This document shows, in pieces, positions 61,603 through 64,000 of a stretch of 64,000 nt of DNA. The stretch lies in IMG/VR virus record IMGVR_UViG_3300041402_000314, positions 62,001 to 126,000 of that record; one strand, written 5' to 3'. The position numbers were made by a program, and so were the translations under genes. Below the pieces are notes generated by a model that was not told where the DNA came from, searched no databases, and saw nothing but the letters and a program-made list of their open reading frames with translations. The stretch's first letter is position 1; each line of letters starts with the position of its first letter.

Positions 61603-62100
61603 ATGAATAAAACATTTAAAGAATATCTGAAAGAAGGTAAGGCTAGTTTCGATAGCCCTGAAGATATGGCAACCCAGATCGAGAAGATGATTAAAGGTTA
61701 TTTCCCTAAGTCATGGGCAAATGTAAAAGCCGTATCGAATCTGGGTAAATCAATCAACATTACATTTACACTAGGGTCTGATAAAAGTGAATGGGCAAAT
61801 GGGATATTCCAAAATGACCCTGCCATTACGTCTATTATGATTCATCGTCCTAGTAATGCTGAAAATTTTATGGATGAAAAAATGCAAGCTGAAGGTCTTC
61901 AAACTTCACTTACTATCAGTCCTACTAAACAATATATGGCTTATGGTAGTTTAAAGACAGGATGGAGAAAAAAGACTGGAAATCCAGAAGTTATTTTTAA
62001 GCATGTCGAAAACCATTTCAAAAAATTGAAATCAACTATAAAAGACAATCTGGATATCATGACACCAGAACATAGAAAAATAGCGGAGAAGAAGGTATGA
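61603..62100 (+). CDS. Putative internal head protein
   Basis: Leader MNKTFKEYLKE. Confidence 0.6.
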   Translation: MNKTFKEYLKEGKASFDSPEDMATQIEKMIKGYFPKSWANVKAVSNLGKSINITFTLGSDKSEWANGIFQNDPAITSIMIHRPSNAENFMDEKMQAEGLQTSLTISPTKQYMAYGSLKTGWRKKTGNPEVIFKHVENHFKKLKSTIKDNLDIMTPEHRKIAEKKV

Positions 62101-62297
62101 GTAACGAAATATTAAATAAAATAGCTGGTGTCTTAGAAGAAGGCAAAGTAGTAAAATTGAGTAGTGATGGTGATATCAGTGTTAAAAAGGCTATAGCGAA
62201 TCATATCACTATCAGAGATGATAGTGTCGGAGCCATAATTTCTATCAATAAAAAATATCTAAAAGATTTGGTAGATTTCATTCAAAAGGAATTTTAA
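62097..62297 (+). CDS. Putative internal head protein
   Basis: Leader MSNEILNKIAGVLEE. Confidence 0.5.
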   Translation: MSNEILNKIAGVLEEGKVVKLSSDGDISVKKAIANHITIRDDSVGAIISINKKYLKDLVDFIQKEF

Positions 62298-62504
62298 AGG
62301 AGATTGAAAAGGTGTATGATACCAAAGTAACATTGAAGAAAGTCGAAGAAGGTTATTATCATGGTTACTATGAAGGAAAGCAGATTCTAGGCGGTAAAAA
62401 GAGTGAACTAGTTAGAATGATGAAACTGATGGTTCAGGGTATAATGGAATCCGAGAGAAAGAAGCTGACTTGACAAACCATATCAATATGTAGTATAATA
62501 GAGA

Positions 62505-62605
62505 CAACTTGGACAGAAAAAACTGTTATGACACACTAAAATATAGATAATCTTGATCTGAAATATGGTTGGTAAGCCTAGACGCTGTTAAGTCTAGGCT
62601 TTTTT
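62505..62605 (+). ncRNA. Putative ~100-nt small RNA
   Basis: TTGACA 62470 / TATAAT 62494 promoter, no credible ORF, terminator AAGCCTAGAC/GTCTAGGCTT followed by a T run. Confidence 0.5.
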
Positions 62606-62657
62606 ATTTTCAGGATATATAAATAATTATAATAAACCTGTAATAAAGGAAACCACT

Positions 62658-62903
62658 ATGAGCTTTAAGGATAAGATTATTAAGTATATCTGGAATAATC
62701 TATTAGCATTTGATAGACAAGTTAATGCTCTTCTATGCGGAGACCCAGAGGAAACTATCAGTTCTCGTATGGGTAAATTAGTTGAGCAAGATAGATGTCC
62801 TTTCTGTTATTTTATCTGTACACATTTTCTACACAAATTAGACCCAGATCATTGCCAGAAGTCAATTGACAGAGACGAAGGCGATGATGAAATAAAATTT
62901 TAG
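62658..62903 (+). CDS. Conserved small phage protein (late)
   Basis: L.AFDRQVNALL.GDPEETISSRMG...DPDHC; TATAAATA upstream. Confidence 0.75.
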   Translation: MSFKDKIIKYIWNNLLAFDRQVNALLCGDPEETISSRMGKLVEQDRCPFCYFICTHFLHKLDPDHCQKSIDRDEGDDEIKF

Positions 62904-62913
62904 GAGAATAAAT

Positions 62914-63519
62914 ATGTCAAGTTTCAAAGATTACATGACCAAAGAAAAGAATAATGATATCATCAATGATGGACATTTCCATGTAGAAAAGATGGGAGGT
63001 AGAACAGGTCCACCTATTAGAGTTAAGACCGATGATGGCAGAACAACCCATATCCATAATCAAAGTGATGGTAAGGATACAGTCGAAGCTAAAGATGTAG
63101 GTGGTTTCGTTAATAGGGATGATATAGAAGACAATGTAACTTCTCTTCCAAAAAGCCCAAATCATACCCATATGCAAACTGATGGACAGCATACCTCACC
63201 AGCTATATATCCTGAAGTAGAAGAAGATCAGAAGGGTATTAGTATCGGTGGTATCTCTGAGAAGATAGAACAAGTTCTTGAGGGTAAGGGTAAATTCGAT
63301 AAGAAAAATCTAAAAGGTAAAAATACCAAGATAATAGACCCTCATAACAAAGATAAGATTTGGTATTTTGATGATATACAGGATAATAAGATTAGAGTGA
63401 CACAAGTAGTTTTAGGTAGCATTACAGGTCAAAGTGTTATGTCACTTAAAGATGTGAATGAATTACTTAAAGGATTAGGCAAACAAAGTTTCGGTACTTT
63501 AGGATTTAGGGAGAATTAA
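62914..63519 (+). CDS. Putative internal head protein with His-rich region and a second internal leader
   Basis: MSSFKDYM; DGHFH, THIH, NHTH; internal ISEKIEQVLEGK. Confidence 0.55.
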   Translation: MSSFKDYMTKEKNNDIINDGHFHVEKMGGRTGPPIRVKTDDGRTTHIHNQSDGKDTVEAKDVGGFVNRDDIEDNVTSLPKSPNHTHMQTDGQHTSPAIYPEVEEDQKGISIGGISEKIEQVLEGKGKFDKKNLKGKNTKIIDPHNKDKIWYFDDIQDNKIRVTQVVLGSITGQSVMSLKDVNELLKGLGKQSFGTLGFREN

Positions 63520-63522
63520 ATA

Positions 63523-63857
63523 ATGGATTTAATAGAGAAGATAGAACAAGTATTAATTGAAGGTAAGATCAAAAAGTTTAAGGGTGATAATCCTTTTTCA
63601 AAATCAAATCTATATATGGTTGGAGCTGGTATGGATACGAATGGAAATCATGTGGTATCGATAAAATTTCCTAATTCCAGCGCATTTACAATTCAAACCG
63701 CTGGTAATTTGAACACCGCTCATGATGCATTGAGAGGGGTGAAAGATTATGAGACCGAAATAGATGATTCCACAAAAAGAAGATAGAAAAAGAGATTGTT
63801 GAATATGTCAAGGATTATGGGTCTAAGGCACAACAATCAAAACTAAAAACATATTAA
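63523..63857 (+). CDS. Putative internal head protein, apparent -1 frameshift near 63777
   Basis: Leader MDLIEKIEQVLIE; the -1 frame continues KKIEKEIVEYVKDYG...TY to a stop just before the next RBS. Confidence 0.5.
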
Positions 63858-63868
63858 AGGGGAATCAA

Positions 63869-64000
63869 ATGAAAATCATAGACAGGATAGACAATATTTT
63901 AAATGAAGCATCTAAAGAAATAGATGAGACTTCTGGTACTGAATTGGAAATGTATATAGAGAATGATAGCCAATTATATAGTCAACAATTTATTCCTATA
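63869..64000 (+). CDS. Putative internal head protein (truncated by the window edge)
   Basis: MKIIDRIDNILNEASK...ELEMYIENDSQLY. Confidence 0.6.
   Translation, partial: MKIIDRIDNILNEASKEIDETSGTELEMYIENDSQLYSQQFIPI

Overview
This AT-rich 64 kb window comes from a large T4-like myophage genome and is coded almost entirely on the + strand. It contains: (i) a T4-type replisome (gp41 helicase, probable gp59 loader, gp61 primase, gp45 clamp, gp44/gp62 clamp loader, RegA, gp32) plus a RuvC-like resolvase, Tmk, ThyX, an NAD-dependent ligase and a sigma-70-family factor; (ii) RNA repair genes (RtcB, CCA-adding/HD enzyme, SAK-type HAD); (iii) an accessory region with nicotinamidase, PncB-like PRTase and Nudix genes interleaved with a vWA/PP2C/kinase (TerY-P-like) triad, plus CoaE/CoaD; (iv) a head module (gp4, gp2, portal gp20, gp67-like, gp21, gp22, gp23) and neck gp13; (v) three homing-endonuclease-like genes; and (vi) many host-type TTGACA-N17-TATAAT promoters and T4 late TATAAATA promoters. 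Most unusual observations: a three-copy, covarying, ~100-nt structured cassette bounded by convergent late promoters next to nuclease genes; a ~330-nt boxA-preceded structured ncRNA; a tRNA-Leu-like gene with a 31-nt insert at position 37/38; a shared LQxExDxWL peptide on five unrelated proteins; and an array of about 12 small proteins with capsid-targeting-like leaders. All calls come from reading motifs by eye; no searches were run.
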